Origin: Candidatus Latescibacterota bacterium
GTDB lineage: Bacteria; Latescibacterota; CBDEFO01
Assembly: GCA_965248755.1 (NCBI GenBank)
Contig: OZ252149.1
Location: 3,776,001 to 3,840,000 of the forward strand
Reading direction: 5' to 3'
Length of the DNA: 64,000 bases
Part shown: positions 50,383 through 60,255 of the stretch, one piece after another
Position numbering within the stretch: position 1 is the first letter of the stretch
Layout of the letters: every line of letters begins with the position of its first letter
The notes under the pieces: generated by a model
What the model saw: only the letters and a program-made list of their open reading frames with translations
Told to the model about the DNA's origin: nothing
Database searches by the model: none
Program-made: the position numbers and the translations under genes

Positions 50383-53300
50383 TTAAAAGTCTCTTCCCAC
50401 CGAGAAGTAGTATCTGGGCGAGGACGTGGTGTTCAGGTCGGTTTTCCATCCGACGTCGAATTTGAGAACGAAGAATCCAAGATCGGTTCTGGAACCTACC
50501 CCGTAGCCAGCTATGAGGTCTTCAAGTACTGGGAGACCGTTTTCCGAACGGAATGGACTAAAGGAGCGATCTTTGTCCAAGACTCCTCCTATGTCGAAGA
50601 AAAGAACTCCTTCTATGTTGCGGAAGGAGAAGGGAAGGGGCCATCCGAGCGAGAGTTGCTGTACAAGTGGGAATCGAAATTCTATGTTGGCAAGCCCAAA
50701 GCCATCACCGACGAATTCGAGGAAGTCTGTGCCTCTTAGTGGACCTTCGAAACTGGAAAAGAAGATATCTTTAATTTCAAGGTCTGCAATTTCGCTGCCT
50801 TCGGCAAAGACGGGATTGATCTCGTTGGTGACTCCCCCTAGGAAGAACTGTTGCGGCGTCTTACCGAAGCTCTTTCCACCGGAAAATTTAAGAACGAAGT
50901 TGTAATTCTTGAGAACACGGTAATATTTTCTCCAGTCGAAGGATACGCTGGTAAACCCCAGTCCGTCTTTTTGTATCGGAGGGCTGTATTCGAGTTTGAG
51001 TATAGATCTTGAGCCGTCTATGGGACCGAGCCGTCCGTGCAGCACTGTATCGTTGACGAGGTTAGCTTCGACGACGAAGGCTTTTTTGCTTTCTATCTTT
51101 TCGTTGGTTGTTCCTCTGACGGCCCCTGCAAAGAATCCGCCTCTTACGCTTCGAAAGATCCTTGTGGAGAGCTTCTCCCTGTCTATGGCGATAAACGTGC
51201 CTCCAGCTTCAACTCTCGTGAATTTGCTTGAGGGGCGGGAGGCAATGAAGCTTAAGCCGTAGACCCTGTCTGCAATGAGGCTGCCATCGTTTGAAAAGAA
51301 GAAGCTCCTGGTGTGGAAGAGACTTGCTCCGTAGTCTGTCCTTTTGGGAAGGTAAATGTACGAGGCGAATAGATCGCTGTTTTTGATGGAGAAGTTCAGA
51401 TCGCTTGCAAAGATGAGGCGGTGGTTCCCAAGGACGTCTGTAAAGGATATTTGGGTAAGTCCGCTAAACCCGAAGAAAGAGGAGAATCTGGCGTTTGCAA
51501 CGAATATTTCAGGAGCGAAGTTGAGTTTGTAGTCCTTTTCTTCAGGGTGCTCGGACAATGGCCTATATGTCCCTCTTGTTCCCACGATCGTGTCCTGGTG
51601 AGTTTGGTGGTGAAGGACTTCTGCGGCCAGTTCTTGAGATGTTGCCTCAGGATCGGATTGTAGAGTATCTTGAAGTGCTACCCTTTGCTGGTTAGTCTTT
51701 TGTTCTTTGTTCTGATTCTCCGAAACGTCCTTGTATGTATCCCTTATGAAGAGCGTGGGTTCTATCTCTTCCATATCTTTTTTTTGGGACAGGGGGGATT
51801 TAAGCGTGTAAATGTCATATCCGCCCTTGTGGAAGGATGAAAAGGCTATCCTGTCTCCGTCAGGGGACCAATCGAGGTCCTTTACACTGGTTACGAGGTC
51901 GGTTATGGGATAGATGACTGACGTGTCGAGGTGGGCTATGAAGATGTTTCCTATTCCGGTTCTGTATGAGACGAAGGCGATCTTATCCGATTCGGGGCCC
52001 CAGGTTGGAGAAAGGTCGTCAGATGGATCGCTGGTTATACGTCTCATCTTTGAACCGTCGGGGGTGATGGTGAAAATATCATAGTGTCCATATTTGAATC
52101 CATCTTCCCATACCTGATCGCTGGGTATTGTAGTTTCGTCGGGTCTGTCGGATGAGAAGACAATGTATTTGCCGTCGGGGGACCACTCAAGGTGTTGCTC
52201 GTCGTAGGGATCGTGAGTTATTCTCTTGATGCCATCGTCCTTAAGACTCACAACGTAGATGTCGGATTCACCGTCTTTAAGTCCTGCTACAGCGATCCTG
52301 TGTCCATCAGGGGACCACGTAGGACTGAACATTCCGTCAAGTTCTAATTTGAGCTTTTTGACGACGTCTTTTTTCCTGACCTCCAGTATATAAAGGGCGT
52401 TTCTGTCGCCGCTCTTTGCCGCAAAGGAGATTTTTGTTCCATCCGGAGACCAGGTTATACCGGGGCGCAAAAGGAGCAGGGACTCAAAGTCGTCTTTTTT
52501 TTCGCCTTCGACTAATAGGTCAAGGATCTGACCGTCTATGCCGGACATAAGGTAAATGTCTGAGTAGTCTCTTCTGGTGGACACGAAGGCTATCTTGCCG
52601 CCCTTCGGCGAGAATGAAGGGCCGATGTTGAGGAAGGCTCCTTCTTTTTTGTGATCGGTGAGCTTCTTGGATATCTCTTCGGGATCTTTTCTTTTAGCAA
52701 GTTCCGGCCAGTGTTCTTTTTTAAGTTCCTTGCTCCAAGCTTCGGAAAGTTCGTCCACTGTGATCCCTATGGAGGATTTAAGGGCGGCTTCGACGCTTTT
52801 GGAGGTCTTGAGGTTGGAGAGGAACTCTGTAATCTTCCGATCGCCGTATTCTTGGGCTATGAATCTGAATATGGACTGTCCGCCTTTGTAGGCAAATAGG
52901 CCGCCGTAGATGGACTCTATGTCAGGAAGGTATCCGGATATTGCAGCATCGCGCATGAAGTTGTCTGCCTCCATGTCCCATCCCATGGATAGGTATTCGG
53001 CCAATCCCTCTGCGACCCATAAGGGGGGTTGGGTGGCTTGTCCACTTATAAGGGCGGGAAGGCCCTTCCCGTCGGTAAGCATATCGAACATCACAGCGTG
53101 AGTAAGTTCGTGGTGTATTACGTGCCTGAATTTGCCGTACGAGCCTTCGTAGGGTATGACAACTCTGTTTTGGGCAAATTCTGTGAATCCACCCACCCCT
53201 TCGGTCAGAAGTTCATATATGACGTTGGTTTCAAGGAATCTGTTATGGGAGTTATAGACTATAAGGGGTATTCTGTCGGTGAGAGTATGATCTAACGCTT

Positions 53301-53532
53301 TCTGGATGGAGATTAGGGCCTCTTCGGCCGCCGTGGCTGTGAACAGGGCGATTTTCTTGGAACCCTCAGCGTAGTAGATCTCGAAGTGCTCTGACTCGAT
53401 GTAGGAGAATCTATAGTCTTTATAGTTGACTTTGTTTTTGCCGAAGGTCTGAGAAAACACTAAACTTGAAACAAAAAGGGACGCTACAAGTATTACCACC
53501 GCTATGTTGAGTGCTTTGTGAAGGGTCTTCAT
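50383..53532 (-). CDS. Omp85-superfamily protein with N-terminal zinc-peptidase-like domain and PD40/TolB-like propeller
   Basis: Signal peptide; HELTH and WVAEGLAEY (gluzincin-like); repeated P.WSPDG..IAF; PLRG loop motif and C-terminal YFSVGRDF beta-signal. Confidence 0.82.
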   Translation of the reverse strand: MKTLHKALNIAVVILVASLFVSSLVFSQTFGKNKVNYKDYRFSYIESEHFEIYYAEGSKKIALFTATAAEEALISIQKALDHTLTDRIPLIVYNSHNRFLETNVIYELLTEGVGGFTEFAQNRVVIPYEGSYGKFRHVIHHELTHAVMFDMLTDGKGLPALISGQATQPPLWVAEGLAEYLSMGWDMEADNFMRDAAISGYLPDIESIYGGLFAYKGGQSIFRFIAQEYGDRKITEFLSNLKTSKSVEAALKSSIGITVDELSEAWSKELKKEHWPELAKRKDPEEISKKLTDHKKEGAFLNIGPSFSPKGGKIAFVSTRRDYSDIYLMSGIDGQILDLLVEGEKKDDFESLLLLRPGITWSPDGTKISFAAKSGDRNALYILEVRKKDVVKKLKLELDGMFSPTWSPDGHRIAVAGLKDGESDIYVVSLKDDGIKRITHDPYDEQHLEWSPDGKYIVFSSDRPDETTIPSDQVWEDGFKYGHYDIFTITPDGSKMRRITSDPSDDLSPTWGPESDKIAFVSYRTGIGNIFIAHLDTSVIYPITDLVTSVKDLDWSPDGDRIAFSSFHKGGYDIYTLKSPLSQKKDMEEIEPTLFIRDTYKDVSENQNKEQKTNQQRVALQDTLQSDPEATSQELAAEVLHHQTHQDTIVGTRGTYRPLSEHPEEKDYKLNFAPEIFVANARFSSFFGFSGLTQISFTDVLGNHRLIFASDLNFSIKNSDLFASYIYLPKRTDYGASLFHTRSFFFSNDGSLIADRVYGLSFIASRPSSKFTRVEAGGTFIAIDREKLSTRIFRSVRGGFFAGAVRGTTNEKIESKKAFVVEANLVNDTVLHGRLGPIDGSRSILKLEYSPPIQKDGLGFTSVSFDWRKYYRVLKNYNFVLKFSGGKSFGKTPQQFFLGGVTNEINPVFAEGSEIADLEIKDIFFSSFEGPLRGTDFLEFVGDGFGLANIEFRFPLVQQLSLGWPLPFSFRNIEGVLFFDIGGVLDKDRSFSPFRSENGLPVLEDLIAGYGVGSRTDLGFFVLKFDVGWKTDLNTTSSPRYYFSVGRDF

Positions 53533-53829
53533 AGTGTAGTTTCATCAGGTTGACGATGGACAGCGTATCAGAAGAATAGTTCACGCAATATTTTTGAACA
53601 TAGAGTGATCTGCGTGGACGGGAAGGAAATTGACTTTAGCATGCAGGTATCGTGTCATAATTGTCCGTACAAGCTTATAGAGATCCAAAATAGTAGAAAG
53701 CTTACAGCGGGGTGAGGAGTCTGTCTACTTGCCCATCTACATAGGTTTCATACTTAATATAACAAAGTATATTCTGTTTTCCAAGCCTCTTCTTTTGAGA
53801 CGTTTGGGTTTTTATAACGTTGCATTTAG

Positions 53830-54058
53830 CCCGAATAATTCACAAAAAAAGCCCTATATTAATTAAGGGATTGTATTATATTATAGTTATGGCGTTTAAC
53901 CACCTTCGGTGTCCTTGCGAGCAGAAGGCGAAGCAATCTCGATTCTGTGGTAGATGTAACACTCTACAACTCTCATAGGAGACCACTATAAAACCTTAGA
54001 GATTGCTTCGTCGCTTTGCTCCTCGCAATGACTCCACTAAGTTTATGAATTAATCGGG
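53830..54058. mobile_element. MITE-like element, copy 2 (inverted relative to copy 1)
   Basis: TIRs CCCGAATAATTCA / TGAATTAATCGGG with a perfect TTAG direct repeat on both sides. Confidence 0.88.
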
Positions 54059-54179
54059 TTAGTAAGTCAAAGTCCGACATGCTTTATCACAGATTTGTAT
54101 GCTCTTTTATATGCTTTCGGGGAGGCCGATAGATAGTGACAAATAACCGCGTAGTTACACAGAAAGAAAGGAGCAGGAT

Positions 54180-55025
54180 ATGAAGTCCCCAATAGGTATC
54201 CTTATATCTTCCACATGCCTCATCATTTTCTGCGCAATTCAGATGGATGCGGCGCCTTCAAGATGGGGAGAGGACCCTATCTGGGACGACGGTCAGGCGG
54301 AGGTGGCAAAATACGATGCAGAGCGCGTTATATACGGCAAGGTTCGCAAGTACCAAGCTGTGCTTATCACTGTCAAGGAGGACTTCAATGGCAAATTCTA
54401 TGCTAAGGCTGACCCTCCTTATGAGCAAAAGGAACTGCTGCCTATCTTGAAGCTGAACATCGTATCAGAGATAGAGACCGAAAATTACCCTTATCGGTTC
54501 TTAACGAGCGTCTTTGTGGATAGGAGGGATGTCTTCCATCTTGTGAAGATGACGGTCGGGAGCCAGGAGTGGTGCGGAAATACGTTTAAAGAGTTTAAAG
54601 GCTGGACAGAAAGGCCGAGGCTTGTCTTTCATTCTTACTGGGACGGTCAGGGGGATGGAAGCTACGACCTGGATATGAAAGCGGGAGATCTGGTGGAGGA
54701 TCAGCTTCCGATCTCTTTGAGAGGGTTGCCTTTTTACCCCGGGTATAGCCTGAATACACGGATTCTGGAATCTCAGATCCATAACAAGGCATCCGAGCCC
54801 AAGATTCGGGATGCTGCCATACGGGTAACAGAGGGCCAAAAGATAGCGTCAAAGGCAGGGAAAATCGATTGCTGGAAGGTGGAAGTAGAGATGGGAGATA
54901 TGACCCATTACTACTGGTTTGAGAGGGAGTATCCCAACATCCTTGTCAAGTTCGATGCTCCGGACGGTCGCAAACTCCTGCTCAAAGACAGGGTCCGGCG
55001 CAAATACTGGGTAAATCCTCAGTGA
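54180..55025 (+). CDS. Hypothetical exported protein
   Basis: AAGGAG RBS, signal peptide, WDDGQAEVAKY and SQEWCGN motifs; stop overlaps the next start. Confidence 0.7.
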   Translation: MKSPIGILISSTCLIIFCAIQMDAAPSRWGEDPIWDDGQAEVAKYDAERVIYGKVRKYQAVLITVKEDFNGKFYAKADPPYEQKELLPILKLNIVSEIETENYPYRFLTSVFVDRRDVFHLVKMTVGSQEWCGNTFKEFKGWTERPRLVFHSYWDGQGDGSYDLDMKAGDLVEDQLPISLRGLPFYPGYSLNTRILESQIHNKASEPKIRDAAIRVTEGQKIASKAGKIDCWKVEVEMGDMTHYYWFEREYPNILVKFDAPDGRKLLLKDRVRRKYWVNPQ

Positions 55026-55717
55026 GGGTGACGCTAACAGACATCTTCAATAGGCTTTCGGATCATTTTGGCCCGATGCACTGGTGGCCTGCCGATTCCC
55101 GCTTTGAGGTGATGGTCGGGGCGATATTGACTCAGAATACCTCATGGAAGAACGTTGAGAAGGCTATCGCCAATCTCAAAAGACAGGACTTGATGTCTCC
55201 CTCTGCGATATATCGGCTCGATACGGACAAATTGTCTGAAGTCATAAAACCTGCGGGGTACTTCAGGGTCAAGGCAAAGAGGCTGGCGAACTTCCTGAAC
55301 TACTTTATCGAACGATACGGGGGCGATGTCGAAGAGATGGGGAAGATGGAGATGGGCCGCTTGAGGTGCCAACTTCTAAAAATAAACGGAATAGGCCCTG
55401 AGACGGCGGACAGCATCCTCCTTTACGCCTTGGATAAACCTGTCTTCGTCGTGGATGCCTACACTCAAAGAATACTTGGAAGGGTCGGTATTACAAACGG
55501 AAAAGCCGACTATGATCAGATACAGCAGCTATTTCACAGCGCTCTTTCAAGGGATGCACAGCTTTTCAACGAATATCACGCTCTCCTTGTAAAGTTGGGC
55601 AACACCACCTGCAAAAGTGTCCCCATATGTTCAAAATGTCCCATTCAAGAGAGATGCCGCTTTGGTTCCTCTTCCAACCAGACAGTGGACAGTAGAACAG
55701 ATATTCTGTCTGGTTAG
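55022..55717 (+). CDS. HhH-GPD endonuclease III-related DNA glycosylase with [4Fe-4S] motif
   Basis: GAILTQNTSW.NV, GIGPETADSILLYA, VVDAY, C-X6-C-X2-C-X5-C. Confidence 0.9.
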   Translation: MRVTLTDIFNRLSDHFGPMHWWPADSRFEVMVGAILTQNTSWKNVEKAIANLKRQDLMSPSAIYRLDTDKLSEVIKPAGYFRVKAKRLANFLNYFIERYGGDVEEMGKMEMGRLRCQLLKINGIGPETADSILLYALDKPVFVVDAYTQRILGRVGITNGKADYDQIQQLFHSALSRDAQLFNEYHALLVKLGNTTCKSVPICSKCPIQERCRFGSSSNQTVDSRTDILSG

Positions 55718-55748
55718 ACAGTAGACAGGGATCACCTTCCATCCTCCA

Positions 55749-55886
55749 AGATTGCTTCGGACTGAATCCCCTCGCAATGACCAAAGGAGACGTAAACTGT
55801 CATTGGAAGTCCCCTAAACTGTTATTGCGAACTGAAGCCCAGAGCCTTTCGCCTAGAGCGAAGCGAAGGGTCTGCGAAGCAATCTC
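55749..55886. repeat. REP-like inverted pair
   Basis: AGATTGCTTCG...CTCGCAATGAC and GTTATTGCGA...CGAAGCAATCTC; same family as the MITE interior. Confidence 0.7.
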
Positions 55887-55958
55887 TGTTTGCTGTCTGC
55901 TATCTATTAACATGTTCCAGATCAGTAGGCTGTAGCCGAATGTGAAGGCGCTCAGGAT

Positions 55959-56630
55959 ATGCTAAACTATCTCTTAAGATCTCTATCGAAAAGAGAATCG
56001 TCCCATATTGTGTTTAACCAGTATCAAGATCAGGACATTCGGGATAATCTGAGATTATACTTCGACTATCTACTTCGAAACAGGCACGAGGTGTTTATAG
56101 TAGGCGAAGCTCCCGGATATAATGGCTGTAGACTGACGGGGATACCTTTTACAAGTGGGGTTTCTATAGGGGAGTCCGCGGGCAAGATATTCAAAGAGAT
56201 TGAAGGTAAAATTAAACTGCACGAGGTTGCCTCCGAAAGGACAGCGACAATCTTCTGGGAATTACTGGGGGACGACGGGCCGGTTCCCATTTTGTGGAAT
56301 GCCTTTCCGTTTCATCCCTATATTAGCGGCATAGCCAGGAGCAACACAAAGCCTGACACTTTGGAGATAGAAGAAGGAAAGGAGTATTTGAGAATTGTCT
56401 ACGAGTTGTTTAAGCCGAAGAGGTTTTGCTCTCTCGGTCGGGTGGGTGAGGCGACACTAATGGAACTATTTCCTGACGAGAAAATAATCTACATTCGGCA
56501 TCCCTCTCACGGCGGTAAGAAAGATTTTATCAGAGGGATGCAAATGGTTCTGCAGTCACCTCGTATAATAGTGAGCATGACGGCTCAGCTTGAACGCCGC
56601 GCATGCACTGCAATCACATCACCGATGTAG
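55959..56630 (+). CDS. Uracil-DNA glycosylase superfamily protein
   Basis: GEAPGYNGCRLTGIPFT, WNAFPFHP, IRHPSHGG. Confidence 0.88.
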   Translation: MLNYLLRSLSKRESSHIVFNQYQDQDIRDNLRLYFDYLLRNRHEVFIVGEAPGYNGCRLTGIPFTSGVSIGESAGKIFKEIEGKIKLHEVASERTATIFWELLGDDGPVPILWNAFPFHPYISGIARSNTKPDTLEIEEGKEYLRIVYELFKPKRFCSLGRVGEATLMELFPDEKIIYIRHPSHGGKKDFIRGMQMVLQSPRIIVSMTAQLERRACTAITSPM

Positions 56631-57159
56631 AGATGGACATACCGGTCTTCCTGTCCGACTATGAGATCTATTGGACCCGTCTTGAACCGATCGGCGTGCG
56701 CGAGATTTGCAGCGTGTCCACTGTCTATCGTTAGCTCCCTGCCGTTGACCCTTAGCTAGACCTTCTTGAAGAAGGCCGGAAACTCGTCGTTCCCGGCGTC
56801 TTCAAAGTGCAAGATCCTGCTGCCATCGTATGATCGTTGTTGGTCGTCGAAAGATACAAAACGCCATCGTTGTTCCAAACCACAGCCACATATCTTGTCC
56901 TTCCACCCCTTTGAAGTTCACTTGACATTGACAAGGACTCCAAGAATTGCTATCTTTAGTGAATTCCAGTGCTGCACCTGCAGTAAAAATAATTGAAGAA
57001 TCCTTTTGAGGTCAGGTGAGCATCAGTTCTTCCAAGCTGCAAAGTCGCATAACTAAAGATAAGAAGCTATTTATTGTACAGGAACTGGTGAACACCTCCG
57101 TCCGGAGGGCATACACTATCACGTCGAGGAGCGTCGTCTGCAAAAAAGGAGATTAGAGA

Positions 57160-58653
57160 ATGTCCGAGTTAGATTTTGATCTGTTCGTGATCGGCTCCGG
57201 CCCGGCTGGACAGCGAGCAGCGATCCAGGCTGCCAAGCTGGGCAAACGCGTGGCGATCGCGGAGTTTAAAGCGATGATCGGAGGCGTCTGTATTAATATC
57301 GGCACAATCCCCAGCAAGACCCTGCGCGAAGCAGTGTTGTACCTGTCCGGATACCGATTACGGGGGTTGTACGGCGCATCTTACACAGTTAAGCAAGAAA
57401 TCACAATGGAGGATCTGTTGTTTCGGGTGGACCACGTAACACGCAATGAGCGTGACGTAACAAGTCATCAATTGATGCGTAACCAAGTCGAGGTGATTAC
57501 AGCAAAAGCCTCATTCGTGGATCAACACACCATACTCCTGGATTATGTGACTGATCGTGGTCAGCGCTCGGACAGGAGAGTATCCAATCTTCCCAGCACT
57601 GAGGGCGTGCAGGATAGACGTTCAGGTGAGAATAGGAGATCCGGAACAGGTATCAGGGAAGTGACTGCCGCCAGCACTGTTCTTGCCACAGGGACAGAAG
57701 TAACCCGGGGTCCCAATATCCCCTTTGATGAGAAGCTCATTTTTACCAGCGACGACATCCTTAAGCTTGACCGCGTTCCTCGCACACTGGCGGTTGTCGG
57801 TGGAGGGGTGATCGGCTGCGAATACGCCAGTATTTTCGCTGCGCTCGGCGTCCGGGTAACGTTGATAGACAAAAGGCCTCGCCTGTTGGACTTCATAGAT
57901 TCCGAGATCGTGGATGCGTTGATCTACCACCTGCGTCAGAATCGCCTCACGCTACGCTTGGGCGAGGAGGTCAGCGGCATCGAGCCTATCACCGAAGGAC
58001 GTGGCGAACAGGTGAAGATCCACCTGGACAGCGGCAAGCAAATCATCACCGAGAAAGCACTGTATAGCATCGGTCGCACCGGTGCAACACAAAAATTGAA
58101 CTTAGAAGCTGTGGGAATAAAGCCCGATAAGCGCGGTCGCCTCAAGGTAGATGAAAATTACCAGACGGAGCTTCCGCATATTTACGCTGTTGGCGATGTG
58201 ATCGGTTTCCCCAGCTTGGCCTCCACATCGATGGAGCAGGGCCGTTTAGCCGCCTGCCACGCTTTCGGTGTCGAGGCAGAGAGTATGCCAGAGCTTTTCC
58301 CGTACGGCATCTACACCATTCCTGAAATTTCGACCGTGGGCTCTAACGAAGAAGAGCTAACCGAACAGGATATCCCCTACGAAGTGGGAAAGGCACAGTA
58401 CCGAGAGATCGCACGCGGGCAGATCATCGGTGACACCACCGGATTATTGAAACTAATCTTTCACCTTGAAACGCGTCAACTTTTGGGCGTCCACATTATT
58501 GGCGAGGGAGCCAGCGAACTTATCCACATCGGGCAGGCTGTCATGGCGTTCGGTGGCAAAGTGGACTACTTCGAGAACACGGTATTTAACTACCCCACGC
58601 TGGCCGAGTGTTACAAGACCGCGGCGTTCGATGGAATCAATCGGCTGGCGTGA
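57160..58653 (+). CDS. sthA: Soluble pyridine nucleotide transhydrogenase
   Basis: GSGPAG, GGVCINIGTIPSK (single Cys), GGGVIGCEYA, GDVIGFPSLAS, FNYPTLAE. Confidence 0.92.
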   Translation: MSELDFDLFVIGSGPAGQRAAIQAAKLGKRVAIAEFKAMIGGVCINIGTIPSKTLREAVLYLSGYRLRGLYGASYTVKQEITMEDLLFRVDHVTRNERDVTSHQLMRNQVEVITAKASFVDQHTILLDYVTDRGQRSDRRVSNLPSTEGVQDRRSGENRRSGTGIREVTAASTVLATGTEVTRGPNIPFDEKLIFTSDDILKLDRVPRTLAVVGGGVIGCEYASIFAALGVRVTLIDKRPRLLDFIDSEIVDALIYHLRQNRLTLRLGEEVSGIEPITEGRGEQVKIHLDSGKQIITEKALYSIGRTGATQKLNLEAVGIKPDKRGRLKVDENYQTELPHIYAVGDVIGFPSLASTSMEQGRLAACHAFGVEAESMPELFPYGIYTIPEISTVGSNEEELTEQDIPYEVGKAQYREIARGQIIGDTTGLLKLIFHLETRQLLGVHIIGEGASELIHIGQAVMAFGGKVDYFENTVFNYPTLAECYKTAAFDGINRLA

Positions 58654-58757
58654 CCCGCAACCAGTGGGAACTTGCAGGATGGATAATCGAGACTACTTCT
58701 GGGAAAGTCCCTCAGCGGCAGGCGCCGGAAATCGGTCGTGACAAAGGAATCCCTGAA

Positions 58758-60161
58758 ATGAGATGGAAAGCCTCCCACATAGCTCTGATCCTTTTAGTTG
58801 CTTTGAATGCGCCTGTCCATGCACAGGACCTTTTTGCACACAAGACTGACTTTACGGTTGAGGATCTCTCACCTTCAGCTTTCAGTACTGACTGGCATGC
58901 AGATAATGACCATGCTATGGTCAGCAAGGACAGCCAGCATGTGTCAGTGTCGTGGAATCTGTCCCACCTTGCTGAGTTCTCCGGCCTGGTAGGAGATTTC
59001 GACGGCGACAACGAAGTAGGTCTGTCCGACTTTGTCCTTTTTCTGGATCTTTTTGGCGCAACGGCCAGCTCGGCCGACTGGGATCCCAGATTCGATCTGG
59101 ATAGTAATGGCGAGGTAGGTCTATCTGACTTTGTGCTTTTTCTGGATAACTTCGGCAGGACAGCGACCGCAAACAGTCCTCCCGTGGCGGATGCAGGTCC
59201 TGATCAGGCTGTACCCGTAGGTTCGACAGTCCAGGTGGACGGGAGTGGGAGCACAGATGCCGAGGGGGATCAGTTGAGTTATAGCTGGATAGCCCCTGAG
59301 GGGGTTACGTTGAGTGATTCTACCCGTGCGCGGCCCACTTTTACGGCTTCGGTTGGGGGAAGGTATCGCATCAGTCTGGTGGTCAATGATGGTATAGCTA
59401 ATAGTGAACCAGATGAAGTAGTTGTGACAGTCGGATTTATTATACAGAACGTCAGCTTCTCCACAGAAGACAATCTTATCCTATCTGGAGGGTGGACCCT
59501 TCCCAATATAGATAGCGAAACATTCCCTGTGGTAATCCTCCTCCACTCGCTGGGCTCCAACCGCGACAATTGGCTACTCAGTCCCCTCACAGTCGAGCTC
59601 CTTGAGGAAGGATACGCTGTGCTTTGGATAGACTTCCGAGGCCACGGACATAGCGAAGATCCCGGCGGGCGTTCGTGCGATTTGTCATCTTGTACCCTGA
59701 CTATCCAGGATCTGGAAAACATGCCTTTGGATGTTAAAGGGGCTTTAGCGTGGCTTTCTGCCCAATCGGAGGTAGATACAAGCAGAATCGCCCTGATCGG
59801 CGAGGATTTAGGAGCCAATATCGCCTATATAAGTTCAGGGTCTTTCAGCCAGATCAAGACTACTGTTTCAATTTCACCTATAGCTTTGCAGAACACAAGT
59901 ACTGGAGAGACTCTACTACTGACTCCCCGGTTTGTGGGAGCTGATGTTGAGAGCTTCAGTCCTAATTCGATTTTCTTTGTGGCGTCTCGAAATGATACTG
60001 CCTCCGTATTTATGGCCAGCATTATGTTCCAGCGTACATCTCGACCGAGGACTTCAGGAACGGTTCGCAATACCGATGCCCACGGCATCCAGATAACGTT
60101 GATTAGCACAGAGAGCAGGAATGGGATTAGAGACTGGATAAGGTTAAGATTAGGGGAGTAA
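58758..60161 (+). CDS. Secreted dockerin + PKD/Ig + alpha/beta-hydrolase protein
   Basis: Signal peptide from ATG 58758; GDFDGDNEVGLSDFVLF / FDLDSNGEVGLSDFVLF; PVADAGPDQ; VILLH, DFRGHG, IGEDLGA. Confidence 0.82.
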   Translation: MRWKASHIALILLVALNAPVHAQDLFAHKTDFTVEDLSPSAFSTDWHADNDHAMVSKDSQHVSVSWNLSHLAEFSGLVGDFDGDNEVGLSDFVLFLDLFGATASSADWDPRFDLDSNGEVGLSDFVLFLDNFGRTATANSPPVADAGPDQAVPVGSTVQVDGSGSTDAEGDQLSYSWIAPEGVTLSDSTRARPTFTASVGGRYRISLVVNDGIANSEPDEVVVTVGFIIQNVSFSTEDNLILSGGWTLPNIDSETFPVVILLHSLGSNRDNWLLSPLTVELLEEGYAVLWIDFRGHGHSEDPGGRSCDLSSCTLTIQDLENMPLDVKGALAWLSAQSEVDTSRIALIGEDLGANIAYISSGSFSQIKTTVSISPIALQNTSTGETLLLTPRFVGADVESFSPNSIFFVASRNDTASVFMASIMFQRTSRPRTSGTVRNTDAHGIQITLISTESRNGIRDWIRLRLGE

Positions 60162-60255
60162 CAGAGATCTCTTGGGTACTTCAAATTTAAAGGTAGATCG
60201 TATAACATACTGAATATACAAAGAAATACGATTAAACTACGCAGGGGAATTCTAA

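Noticed and set aside
50242..51262. Plus-strand ORFs
   Set aside because: They start in a REP-like repeat or are antisense to the Omp85 gene.
56752..56996. Short ORFs between UDG and sthA
   Set aside because: Possibly a gene remnant, but no family can be supported.
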